A DNA stretch of 63,764 nucleotides, counting the filler, from Octopus bimaculoides (taxonomy: Eukaryota), in assembly GCF_001194135.2 (NCBI RefSeq). It is 5 parts of 5 records of this genome, joined end to end, with 100 filler letters (N's around TTAATTAATTAA, not from the genome) between each part and the next. Parts side by side here need not be neighbours in the genome. Positions count along the whole stretch, not along the records: positions 21,734 to 43,678 come from NC_068991.1; positions 43,779 to 51,685 come from NC_068987.1; 3 more parts are not named here. One strand, written 5' to 3'. The position numbers and the translations under genes were made by a program. The notes beneath the pieces were generated by a model. That model was not told where the DNA came from, searched no databases, and saw only the letters and a program-made list of their open reading frames with translations. Of this stretch, positions 37,693 through 50,121 are shown piece by piece; positions within the stretch are counted from its first letter, which is position 1; every line of letters starts with the position of its first letter.

Positions 37693-39080
37693 CTACCGAA
37701 CCAGCAATTTCACCGGGCCATCTGTCCAACGCCTTACGACATTGTTGGATGACATCGACCTGCCTCTCCAGGTGCCGAGCTGCAGGCCGACCGACTTATC
37801 ACAGTTTCTATCTGCCCCTGATACCTCTTCGAACTCTTTAAAGGTATCACCTACTAGATGCCGGTGTCTGTCACAAGATACGATGACGGTGGTATCATCC
37901 ACATAAGCTGTTACTGTCCTCCCGCACCCTAGATCACGCGGGACGCCCCTCAAGGCCTCCAATTTCTGCAGTAATGGCTCAAGGGCCAGAACGTACAGAA
38001 GTGAGGATAAGGGACATCCTTGGCGGACCGAACGCACGATGCTGAGCGGCTCTGTAAAATGAACGTTCATCCAAACTACCGATTTAATGTTTCCACATAA
38101 AGTGACGATCCAACCGCGGAAGTTTATCCTTCCCTCCCGGTGTATCTTATGTGGCGTTGTAGGTTGAATTTTGGAGATTAGACACAGTTTTTTCCCCACT
38201 TTATTTACAACACTAAAAGTTACATTCAAAGTGATGAAAGGTCACCATTGGTGGAAACTTACTCATGTCAATTTTCTTTTCTGGGTCCACTATTTGATCT
38301 CCATATTTTCCTTTAGCTTATTCATTTCATCGTTGCTCACCAGTGCGCACTCAACGGGCCAATCCTTTCACTCTGACATGTTCACCGGCACATGAGTGTT
38401 TTTTACTGTTCTTAATACATTTGCATTCAAAATAGCATACATTTTCTCTTTTTTCTTTTCTTTTCCTTTTGGGTAGGGGATGAGAGAATTTCAGGTATCT
38501 GTGTGACTGTGTGAAGGGCAGGGCGAGAGTTGGTGACTGACTTCAGGGGGGAGTGGGGCACCATGGGATTGGGTGGGAGTTGGGCAGGAGTTCACAGTTT
38601 TTCCTCCGTTCTTTTCTTTCCTCTTTCCCGCCTTTTTGGTGCAGATGTCCATCCTTCAGACTCCTAGTTCTCTTCCTCCTTCTCAGGCTCCCTCTTGTTC
38701 TCACACAACGTCGCAAGAAGTGGAGGTTCGGCTTCTTTCATCGGTTCTTTTGCGCTAGATGGAGGGCATTCTGCTTTTATGTGACTCTTTTTGCCACATT
38801 TAAAGCATTTTAACTCTCAACTTTACGTCTTCACTAACTGTAATCGTTTCTACTATCCTCTCCAAATGTTCCGGGGCGGCCTGGATTATCATTTCCATGC
38901 CCTGCCCTTGCCAATTCCTCATAAACACTTGGCCTTTTCCTACTCAGATTCACACGCTTATTGCAACAGCCCTTCATTTTGTCTGAGCTCTGTAAGACAA
39001 CTCGGAAGGTTGGGCCTCCAGCCAGGCCTTTCGCGATACCCTGAAAGCCAGAAACTTTTCAGCACCCCCTCGTATATATT
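37693..39080 (-). mobile_element. Tx1/L1-like LINE remnant: ORF1 zinc knuckle plus RT core, endonuclease missing
   Basis: CFKCGKKSHIKAEC (CX2CX4HX4C) at 38807-38766. RT motifs SVRQGCPLSSLLYVLALEPLL and AYVDDTTVIV lie within 38229-37693. Confidence 0.88.
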
Positions 39081-39574
39081 TGCGTATATCAATGTGTATG
39101 TATGTAAATCTGCTACTCTACAATCTCGTTCTGTTTCTCTAATATTTTTTCCGCTCATTGCGTTATAACTCCTCTCATGTGCATTTTCCTCTGACCGTCC
39201 CTCTATCTGTCTCTATTTTTATCTATCTATGAAAGCAATTCCGTTAGCATGCCACTCTAATTTTCCAATGTCATTTCAAGCTCTCATTTCTGCCATTAAC
39301 GTCGAATTTTACAAAGGGAGGTAATTCGAAATTTAAAGTTCTGTCTTCAGGTTGAAGGTAACACAAACGACATATAAATTAAGACACAAGAATGGAAAAC
39401 AAAACAAAAAAATATCGAAACAAAACAAAGACAAAAATATCGGAACATTTCCCCAGATAATGACAGTGCAGAGAATTTTAATGATCGAACAATCTCTATA
39501 ACATAGCGAAGTGAATGAGGTACCGCATGGAAAATATTAACTAAAATTGCTACTTCATGCATCCCGTAATAGAA

Positions 39575-39607
<33 letters not shown>

Positions 39608-39775
39608 CGAATATGGGTACAAATATACACATATTTATATAAACATATGTGTGAGTATACGTATAATGCATTTATATATGCAGATATATATCAGCGAATA
39701 TGATATATAACCCGATATCTCAATTACTACGTGCTTGTGTTATACGCATCATATTACATTAAATATATGTATGTT

Positions 39776-39845
<70 letters not shown>

Positions 39846-40215
39846 AAAAATATTCCAATAAATGTGTATATCTAATGAAATATGCAACCTAATGTCCGTG
39901 GATGTATATTAGTATGAAATGAAATAGATATATGTGTATGTATGTCTGAGTGTTACAGTGTGGCGGTATGCATGTATGTATATATGCGTCTGTGTGTTTG
40001 TGTGCGTGTGTGTACGTGAGTGTGTATTTATGTATATATATATATATACATGGTAATATAGATGACTGAAAATATGTGCACTCAAATGTACACAAACATA
40101 TACACAGACACATGTATAAACATAATTATATAAACATATACGAGTGTATACGCACGTATTTACACGCACGTGTATTTTGATATATATCTGCTAATGCACA
40201 CGCACACACACTCAC

Positions 40216-40283
<68 letters not shown>

Positions 40284-40459
40284 GCATAAACATATTTATT
40301 TAAACATATACGTGTGTATATATGTGTGTGTGTATATATATGTATATTCATATATACACATGGATACATACATATATATATATATATATATAGTAGTTTC
40401 GTGTGTCTGTATGTGTTTGTACGAACCTATATATGTGTATACATATATACGCATATATA

Positions 40460-40490
<31 letters not shown>

Positions 40491-40689
40491 TGTATGTATG
40501 TAGTTCTGAAGACTATAACTAATCGGCGCATATAAATTTTTCCACTTACATGCACAAGCGTAGACAAGTAAATCGAGTTGAAAATAACTACTTAACAACC
40601 AAGTCTTCGGTACACATTCTTCGATTGACAGCGTGTGTTTTCAAACTTATTCCTATTTTTCTGTATCTTTTCAAGACTTTTAATATCAC

Positions 40690-40752
<63 letters not shown>

Positions 40753-41621
40753 NNNNNNNNNNNNNNNNNNNNNNNNNNNNNNNNNNNNNNNNNNNNNNNN
40801 NNNNNNNNNNNNNNNNNNNNNNNNNNNNNNNNNNNNNNNNNNNNNNNNNNNNNNNNNNNNNNNNNNNNNNNNNNNNNNNNNNNNNNNNNNNNNNNNNNNN
40901 NNNNNNNNNNNNNNNNNNNNNNNNNNNNNNNNNNNNNNNNNNNNNNNNNNNNNNNNNNNNNNNNNNNNNNNNNNNNNNNNNNNNNNNNNNNNNNNNNNNN
41001 NNNNNNNNNNNNNNNNNNNNNNNNNNNNNNNNNNNNNNNNNNNNNNNNNNNNNNNNNNNNNNNNNNNNNNNNNNNNNNNNNNNNNNNNNNNNNNNNNNNN
41101 NNNNNNNNNNNNNNNNNNNNNNNNNNNNNNNNNNNNNNNNNNNNNNNNNNNNNNNNNNNNNNNNNNNNNNNNNNNNNNNNNNNNNNNNNNNNNNNNNNNN
41201 NNNNNNNNNNNNNNNNNNNNNNNNNNNNNNNNNNNNNNNNNNNNNNNNNNNNNNNNNNNNNNNNNNNNNNNNNNNNNNNNNNNNNNNNNNNNNNNNNNNN
41301 NNNNNNNNNNNATATATATATATATATACATGCATCTATGTCTCTGTGTGTTTGTGTGTGGTTAAAATAAGTGGTTTTATATGCATAAAAGCAAGCAAAC
41401 ATTGATTAGAGTAAAGAACTGTTTGAATAAACCGCAAACACGGTGACGCTTCGAAGTCACTGTCAATAGAATTATATGCGCGTGCTCGAGTCTATGTGTG
41501 TACATATATATAAATGTATGTATATGTAAAGCGACTATAAAGATTGCTCTTTGGTACACATACTGCTTCCGTCAATAATAATAATAATAATAATAATAAT
41601 AAACATAATATGAAAAGAAGA

Positions 41622-41870
41622 CTGTCATATATATGTATATATATGTATATGTGTGTGTATATATGTTTGTGTGTCTGTGTTTGTCCCCCAACATCGCTTG
41701 ACAACCGATGCTGGTGTGTTTACGTCCCCGTAACTTAGCGGTTCTGCTAAAGAGACCGATAGAGTAAGTACTAGGCTTACAAAGAATAAGTTCTGGGGTC
41801 GATTTGCTCGACTGAAAGCCGTGCTCCAGCATGGCCACAGTCAAATGACTGAAACAAGTAAAAGAGTAAT
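41622..41870 (+). mobile_element. SINE family B 3' part
   Basis: gacaaccgatgctggtgtgtttacgtccccgtaacttagcgg...gtgctccagcatggccacagtcaaatgactgaaacaagtaaaagag. Confidence 0.82.
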
Positions 41871-41871
41871 A

Positions 41872-42090
41872 ATAATCCTTAGCACGAGGCCTGAAATTTC
41901 GGGGTGGGAACAAGTTACGGTGGTGGTGGTTTTGGTGGTGGGTGGAGGGAGCAGTCGATTACGTCATCCCCCAGTACTTCACTGGTATTTTGTTTTTATT
42001 GACTCCAAAATGGAAGGAAGAACGAAGTTGACTCCGACGGGGTTTGAACTCAGAACGTAGACTAGCAGAACTAAAAAACAAAAAAAAAGG
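41872..42090 (-). mobile_element. SINE family A
   Basis: gcacgaggcctgaaatttcgggg...ggtttgaactcagaacgta. Confidence 0.65.
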
Positions 42091-42874
42091 CATTTCTTGA
42101 ACGGTAAGAAGAAGAAGAAGAAGAAAAAGAAGAAGAAGAAGAAGAAGAAGAAGAAGAAGAAGAAGAAGAAGAAGAAGAGANNNNNNNNNNNNNNNNNNNN
42201 NNNNNNNNNNNNNNNNNNNNNNNNNNNNNNNNNNNNNNNNNNNNNNNNNNNNNNNNNNNNNNNNNNNNNNNNNNNNNNNNNNNNNNNNNNNNNNNNNNNN
42301 NNNNNNNNNNNNNNNNNNNNNNNNNNNNNNNNNNNNNNNNNNNNNNNNNNNNNNNNNNNNNNNNNNNNNNNNNNNNNNNNNNNNNNNNNNNNNNNNNNNN
42401 NNNNNNNNNNNNNNNNNGAGGAGGAAGAGGAGGAAGAGGAGGAAGAGGAGGAAGAGGAGGAAGAGGAGGAAGAGGAGGAAGAGGAGGAAGAAGAGGAGGA
42501 AGAAGAGGAGGAAGAGGAGGAGGAAGAGGAGGAGGAAGAGGAGGAGGAAGAGGAGGAGGGATGCAGAAACAGAATAAGGAGGATGACATGAAAGACGGTA
42601 ACAGCGACTGAAATAATGTCCTTTATCCTTTTTCTCTGATTTTTGGCAAATTTTAAAACCTCATTGGAGACTATCTCAAAGATCTCTGATGGGACCGTGT
42701 ATTGATTTAATTCACTTATTGATCACTTCATTGATTAAATATCTGACTGATCGGTTGATTGGTAGACAGGCACACTGGTTGCTTCACTAGCTCACTTATC
42801 GATTGATTGATTTGTGTATTGGAAATGTAAATAGGCTGTCAGAAAAAGAGAGAGAGAGGGGGGAAGAGACGGTC

Positions 42875-43015
42875 AGTTGGCGGGGAGCGTTAGGGCGTCG
42901 TACAAAATGCCTAGCGGTATTTGTTGCGGCTTAATACGTTCTGAGTTCAAAACCTGACGAAACCAATTATGCCATCCTTGCGGCATCGATAAAATAAATA
43001 AAATTCAAGTACGTG
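42875..43015 (+). mobile_element. SINE family A (decayed)
   Basis: gttggcgggg...cctagcggtattt...acgttctgagttcaaaa. Confidence 0.55.
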
Positions 43016-43643
43016 AAAATATTTTATTGAGTACTCACAACACCACCACCAACCACCAACACTCCCACCCACCCACATACATACATGCGTGCATACATAC
43101 ATGCATACATACATACGTATATAAATACGTATATGGAGAGAGCATAGGCAAAAGCGATATGTACTGACATGGACTGGCAAACAGACAGGGAGTCAGACAG
43201 ACAAACAGAGAGACAACACAGACTGATGATGCAAGTGATACCTCGAACGACCGCTTCGCTCATCCCCAACATCCTGCAACCTGATCTATACACAACATAA
43301 ACGCACTTATGTAAAGTCAAACATTAAAGTTAATTTCTATAAAATATTTCGTTGAAATTATTTCTTGTTGAGAGGAAGTGAACGCTATCTGGAAATGTCA
43401 TACAATAACAATGGTAGTTTGGATTTTCAATTAACTGACATCATTGAGATGGAATGGTATATGCAGGATAAACGTACACATGCATAAACAAACATACACT
43501 TACGCATACATCTAAACGCATACATCTATATATATGTGTGTGTGCGTATACATATATGTATATGTGTATACACATATACACACAAACCACAAACACATGA
43601 ATAAATATACTGACTACGTTGTGTCTGTATCTGTGGATACATG

Positions 43644-43678
<35 letters not shown>

Positions 43679-43778
43679 NNNNNNNNNNNNNNNNNNNNNN
43701 NNNNNNNNNNNNNNNNNNNNNNTTAATTAATTAANNNNNNNNNNNNNNNNNNNNNNNNNNNNNNNNNNNNNNNNNNNN
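43679..43778. other. Artificial scaffolding linker N44-TTAATTAATTAA-N44
   Basis: Same 100-bp structure. Confidence 0.92.
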
Positions 43779-44363
43779 TATATATATATATACACACACA
43801 CATGTATGTATGTATGTATGTATGTATGTATGTATGTATGTACACGCCGGGATTCTTTCGGACACAAACACACATATATATGAGTTTCTTCGACCATTTC
43901 CACTCACAAGGCTTTGGCCGGCAAAAGTTATGTCATGCAAATGGGACTGAACACGGAATTATGTGGTTGGGAATCAAGTTTCTTATCACACAGTCACACC
44001 ATGAGCTTATATATATTCAATATACATAATGTACATAGACAAATAAACATACAAGATGCGTACTTCATATTAAGGACCAGATGTATGAAAAAAAAAACCT
44101 ACATGGAACAAACAGACGCATATACATATACGCCTGTATACATACACACAACTCTACGTACATACATACATACACACATGACATTTCGTCATTCAACCGC
44201 CACCCAATTCGCATTCTTAATACGTTAAAAACACGTGTCTCGAGTGTGATTATGTTTCCACTACTGTCATGTTATATGTATGTGTGCGTTCGTGCGTGTA
44301 TGTGTTTGTGTTTGTGTGTTTGTATGATTGCGTTATGTATATGTTTATTAAGACGTGTGCATA

Positions 44364-44395
<32 letters not shown>

Positions 44396-44544
44396 ATAGG
44401 TTTGCTTTCATGTTTATGTGTGTGTGTGTGCATGTTTATACAGGGTTTATATGATTGCGTGAGTATGTCTCGGTAACGTGTACTTCGGAATACCCCAAAT
44501 ATGGTTTATTTGTTTCAGTCATTAGACTGCGGCCATGCTGGAGC

Positions 44545-44600
<56 letters not shown>

Positions 44601-44621
44601 GTAGGTAGGTAGGTAGGTAGG

Positions 44622-44670
<49 letters not shown>

Positions 44671-44709
44671 GTAGCTGGACACATGTCTGCAAATATATGC
44701 TAACGTATA

Positions 44710-44781
<72 letters not shown>

Positions 44782-45374
44782 CGTATGTGTGTGTGTGTGA
44801 GTGTGTGTGTGTGTGTGTGTGTATGTGTTCATGTTTATATGAATGTAAGGCTCCTTTAACTCTAACATGTTTCAGCTTTAAAGCTGCAATCATGCTGGGT
44901 CACAATGTAGACACATTTACATAGACCCATATAATACACGCAAATGTGTGTGTGAGTGTGTGTGCGTGTGTGTGTATGTGTATGTGAGTGTGTGTGTGTG
45001 TGCGTGCGTGTGTGTATGTGCGTGTGTGTGTATATGTAAGTATGTGTGTGTGTGTGTGTGCTCATAAATACGCAGAAAATTACATACATGGAAGCACAGA
45101 TAATATGTATAAAGGTATACATACACACACACATACCAACTCACACACACACACATTCTTTTATTCACATCCATCTATATATCATATACATATATCTATC
45201 TACTTGTAGAAATACACAAACGTGCAAACTTACACATATTATACATAAATATAATATATAAACAAATACATATTTATGAACATACATATATACACACACA
45301 CTCGTGTAAACATGTATAAACACACACACTCGTGTAAACATGTATAAACACATACATATCCATACTCACACACA

Positions 45375-45410
<36 letters not shown>

Positions 45411-45440
45411 TATTTTATTAGAAGTGCAACAACATAGCGA

Positions 45441-45489
45441 AAAAGCTGCCCGACGAACGGGAACGTGAAACTCTTGAGTAACAGTTTTT
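45441..45489 (+). ncRNA. Minimal hammerhead ribozyme motif with U4C substitution
   Basis: aaaagctgc-CCGACGA-ACG ggaa CGT-GAA-ACTC tt GAGT-A-acagttttt. Stem II has a GNRA loop, stem III has 4 bp, the triplet is GUA and stem I is about 8 bp. It is two T-to-C changes away from a canonical motif. Confidence 0.62.
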
Positions 45490-46016
45490 TTTTGTAATGT
45501 TTTTGCAGCATAAATAAAAAAAAAAGACCATATTACTGTACCTTCAGTATTCGAGGACTATTTTTACCACCTTGTTTTACATTTATGTTGTGCTTACTTA
45601 TATNNNNNNNNNNNNNNNNNNNNNNNNNNNNNNNNNNNNNNNNNNNNNNNNNNNNNNNNNNNNNNNNNNNNNNNNNNNNNNNNNNNNNNNNNNNNNNNNN
45701 NNNNNNNNNNNNNNNNNNNNNNNNNNNNNNNNNNNNNNNNNNNNNNNNNNNNNNNNNNNNNNNNNNNNNNNNNNNNNNNNNNNNNNNNNNNNNNNNNNNN
45801 NNNNNNNNNNNNNNNNNNNNNNNNNNNNNNNNNNNNNNNNNNNNNNNNNNNNNNNNNNNNNNNATATATACACATACACACACACACACGTATGTTTATA
45901 TACATATGCATTGTGATACATGACATGTTTAAAAAAGACACCTATAAACACGCATATAAACATACGTATCAACATACACATACATATATATATACTGTAT
46001 GTACATGAACATCATG

Positions 46017-46058
<42 letters not shown>

Positions 46059-46249
46059 GATACATACAGAGAGAGAGAGAAGCGATGACAAACGAATAAA
46101 CGATTATCCTGTGTGTGATTTTTATGTATACATGTTGACGTGTTTTGTGCGTGTTTACGTAAAACTGGTTCGTAAGGATTACACTAAACGTATTCCTTCA
46201 AAAGACGAAGAACAGATAAATAAACTAAAAACAATAATAAATATCGATA

Positions 46250-46255
46250 ACTTAC
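46250..46255 (-). other. 5' splice donor GTAAGT of SoxF intron
   Basis: Plus strand reads acttac at 46250-46255, i.e. GTAAGT on the minus strand, directly after the LSKMLG codons. The ORF-track peptide becomes non-HMG (KLSIFIIVF) beyond this point. Confidence 0.88.
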
Positions 46256-47473
46256 CGAGCATTTTACTCAAGTCAGCGTTATGGACATCCGGATTCTCAT
46301 CCGCCAATTTCTTACGCTCTTTTTTGGCCCACACCATGAAGGCATTCATAGGTCTGGGCGTATGCGTCTGTTCCGAACGCCTCGTTCGGCCACCCGTCGC
46401 TGTTGTATAAGGTTTGTTATTAGTGTTGGTACCATTCGGGGTACCGTGATTCACGGCTACTACGCTCGATCCAACCGAGGCAGAGCTAGTGTTCCCCAGG
46501 CTGGCCATTGGGCCAGCGACAGAGCCCGCACTGGTAAATTCCATAGACCGGGCCCACGTACGTTCCGAATTCGACATCTGATGATGTTGCTGTTGTTGTT
46601 GTTGTTGTTGTTGAGCAGACAACATTCCTCCGCTCAGCATCCACTCCGGATGAAATTGTTGATGATGCTGCTGTTGTTGGTGATGTTGTTGTTGTTGTTG
46701 TTGTTGTAATTGTTGCTGTGGTTGATTTTGAGATTGTTGTTGTTGTTGTTGTTGCTGTTGTTGTTGTACAGGTGTTAGAGCAAATGGTGGAATCGAAAGA
46801 AGAGATGTTTGATGCCCCCCAGAATGAGGAGACTGGAGTTTTTGAAAGGAATGATGATGAGGATGTTGTTGTTGTTGTTGTGACTGTTGTTTCTGTTGCT
46901 GGTGTTGTTGTTGTTGTTGTTGTTGCGGTGATGGTGTTGTTGGTGTTACTGCTGATGTTGTCGGTGATTGCAAAGTGGTGTGCATTCTAAACAAATTCGG
47001 TTCCAGCGACGGTAAACGCTGCCCGAAAAAAGAATTATTATTACAATTATTATTATTATAATTACTATTATTATTATAACAATTATTATTATTATTATTA
47101 TTATTATTGCTGTCGTCGTCGTTGTTGTTGTTGCTGCTGCTGTAATTATAGCAGGAGATACGAGAAGGCGAATTCAGGTCGCCGTTATAGTCAACATCGA
47201 AATTCAGAGTGGCAAATATACTTCCAGCAGGGCTGATGACGCGTAGGTTACTTCCACCACCATCACCACCATCAATACAACCACTGCCGCCACCGCCACC
47301 ACCACCACTACTACTACAGTTGCTGCTGCTGCTGACAACAACGCCACTGACACCGCCCTCTCCACAAGCACTGCTCCTGCTGCTACTAATTGGATAACCA
47401 CTGTCGCTGCTGCTCTCGCTCTTGACACTAACGACACTGTTACTTCTACTGCTACCACTACTCTTATTACTTT

Positions 47474-47518
<45 letters not shown>

Positions 47519-48059
47519 TATTACTATTACTACTCAAGAAGTAACCACCTGTTTCTTGTGAGCCAGCTACGGTGGAAGTAAGAGACTGAACCGTCAGGGT
47601 GTGAGGAGAGAAGGAGAGGAAGTGAATAGTAGACGGGGAAATAGAGGAGGAGGAGGTGGCAGAAGTGAAGGAGGTGCGATACGGGGAGGAGGGGGTGGAG
47701 TCGTGTAGAGCAATCGACGACTCAGCAGCAGCAGCAAAAAAGGCGGTGGCAGAGAAAAAGGAGGCAGATGTAGAAGAAGCGGAGGGGGTGGAAGAGGTAG
47801 TTGTTAAAAGGGGAGTCGAGGGCAGAGATGATAATGCACGCGACGGCGACGGAAGAGAAGGTGAAGACCTGTTCTTATTTACATTCAGCGTCGTGTGTGG
47901 CGTTGGTGGTGACGACGACGACGACGGCGACGATGATGATGATGATGATGATGATAGTTCTGTGGTAGTTTCGCGATTCTGTTGATGTTGTTTATGTTCT
48001 TGTTGTAGTGAAAGTCTGTTGTTGTTACTGTTGTGGCAAGGTCGATACATTGTCTTCAT
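46256..48059 (-). CDS. SoxF: SoxF-group (Sox7/17/18-like) HMG-box transcription factor, first coding exon (601 codons plus phase-1 G)
   Basis: ATG at 48059 opens an uninterrupted ORF ending ...[40 protein letters not shown], which matches the invertebrate SoxF HMG signature ([25 protein letters not shown]). The exon ends at ATG CTC G|GTAAGT (donor at 46255), the intra-HMG intron position known for SoxF. The true start Met is uncertain because downstream Mets exist. Confidence 0.9.
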
Positions 48060-48073
48060 AATTTCTTTGATAT

Positions 48074-48137
48074 TATGTATGTATGTATGAATGAATGTAT
48101 GTATGTATGTATGAATGTATTTATGTATGAATGTATG

Positions 48138-48171
<34 letters not shown>

Positions 48172-48440
48172 TGTTTGTATGAATGAATGAATGAATGTAT
48201 GTATGTATTTATGTATGTATGTATGTATGTATAAATGTATGTATGTATGAATGTATGTATGTATGTATGAATGTATGTATGTATTTATGTATGTATGTAT
48301 GTATAAATGTATGTATGTATGAATGAATGTATGTATGTATGTATGTATGTATGTATGAATGTATTTATGTATGTATGTATGTATGTATGTATGTATGTAT
48401 AAATGTATGAATGTATGAATGTATGTATGTATGTATGTAT
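48074..48440. repeat. (TATG/TGAA)n tetranucleotide tract immediately upstream of the SoxF ATG
   Basis: Read directly from the sequence. It starts about 15 bp upstream of the ATG at 48059. Confidence 0.9.
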
Positions 48441-49142
48441 TACATTGTCAATCAATATTATTTATTAATACTTCATATGCATAGACGCATGAATATTATA
48501 TTGACATCACATATATGCCTTCTATATTAACAAAATAATTATTATAGCTCATTAGCAGAGTGATAGTGCGTCGATCAAAATTCTACCGTATTTACTTAAT
48601 TAGTACGTCTCTAAGTTTAAAATTCGCTGGGGCGGGGGGGGTGATTTAAGGTGAGTTAGGGCTTCATCCTTACGTATCGATAAAACAATGTACCATTCAC
48701 GTACTGAGATCGATATTAATCCAACGTTTAAAATTAAGGTTTTATGCGTTTGCCGACAAATCCTTATTATTGTTATTTCGTGTAACCTGCTTTTGTTTTC
48801 CTTTCTTCGGTGTCTATAAACGGTATGTGTAACAAATATGTTCAAATAACCACTTATTTATTCCACGCCAGTTTCTATAGTTTTAGAAATGTAGAAGGAG
48901 AAGGAAGTGAATGGAAGAGGTGTTGCCCTCTGTCTGTGTGTGTGTGTGTGTGTGTGNNNNNNNNNNNNNNNNNNNNNNNNNNNNNNNNNNNNNNNNNNNN
49001 NNNNNNNNNNNNNNNNNNNNNNNNNNNNNNNNNNNNNNNNNNNNNNNNNNNNNNNNATATTCAATCAAATGATAATATAAATAATATATCTCATATATAT
49101 GTATAGCATCTTTATTATGTATAATATATATAATAAAGATGC

Positions 49143-49375
49143 AAGGGCGGCGAGCTAGCAGAATCGTTAGCACACCGGGCGAAATGCTTAGCGGTATTTC
49201 GTCTGCCGTTACGTTCTGAGTTCAAATTCCGCCGAGGTCGACTTTGCCTTTCATCCTTTCGGAGTCGATAAATTAAGTACCAGTTACGTACTGGGGTCGA
49301 TGTAATCGACTTAACCTCTTTGTCTATCCTTGTTTGTTCCCTGTATGTTTAGCCTCCTGTGGGCAGTAAAGAAAA
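49143..49375 (+). mobile_element. SINE family A, full length with LINE-like tail
   Basis: aagggcggcgagctagcagaatcgttagcacaccgggcgaaatgcttagcgg...tgtttagcctcctgtgggcagtaaagaaa. Close to the consensus. Confidence 0.85.
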
Positions 49376-49409
49376 AATATATATAATATATATATATAGC
49401 GTCTTTATC

Positions 49410-49447
<38 letters not shown>

Positions 49448-49516
49448 CATCTTTATCATATATATATATATATATATATTATATGTACTATCTGTATTAT
49501 ATGTATGTATGTATAC

Positions 49517-49566
<50 letters not shown>

Positions 49567-49569
49567 AAC

Positions 49570-49770
49570 AACTCGAGGAAGAAAATCAAGTTTGAAACGA
49601 CACACCTGGACAACGTCGTCCCAGAAATACTCGATAAATCACCGATACAGTACCAGAATTTGTTGTAGATAACAACGCCCCGTCTCAAATTGTTAAAGTG
49701 TCCCAAAATATGACCGGGTGGTGCTATTCAGACATGGCCCGGGGCAATTGCTGGTCTCTAAAATATATCT
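49570..49770 (+). mobile_element. Probable LINE 3'-end relic, with a second copy at 18781-18835 on the minus strand
   Basis: gggtggtgctattcagacatggcccggggcaattgctggtc (49716+) aligns with the reverse complement of 18781-18835 (gggtggtgctattaagttatacatggcctggaccaatctttggtc). Family not identified. Confidence 0.3.
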
Positions 49771-49844
49771 ACAAGCACTCATATTTTCTACACACAAGCA
49801 CAGACACAAATACACACACACACACGTGTGTATATATATATCTC

Positions 49845-50067
49845 TTTTACTCTTTTACTCTTTTACTTGTTTCAGTCTTTAGACTGTGGCCATGCTGGAG
49901 CACCGCCTTTTAGTCGAGCAAATCGACCCCAGGACTTATTCTTTAGAAGCCTAGTACTTATTCTATCGATCTCTTTTGCCGAACCGCTAAGTTACGGGGA
50001 CATAAACACACCAGCATCGGTTGTCAAGCGATGTTGGGGGGACAAACACACACATACATACAAACAT

Positions 50068-50098
<31 letters not shown>

Positions 50099-50121
50099 CA
50101 TATATACGACGGGCTTCTTTC
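49845..50121 (-). mobile_element. SINE family B 3' part (rest in gap)
   Basis: tactcttttacttgtttcagtc...gacgggcttctttc. Close to the consensus. Confidence 0.82.

Noticed and set aside
46179-46255. ORF-track C-terminal tail [12 protein letters not shown]...
   Set aside because: It is read-through of the GTAAGT donor into the intron.
46281-47985. Plus-strand ORFs rich in V/L/E overlapping SoxF
   Set aside because: They are antisense shadows of the trinucleotide-rich coding exon.
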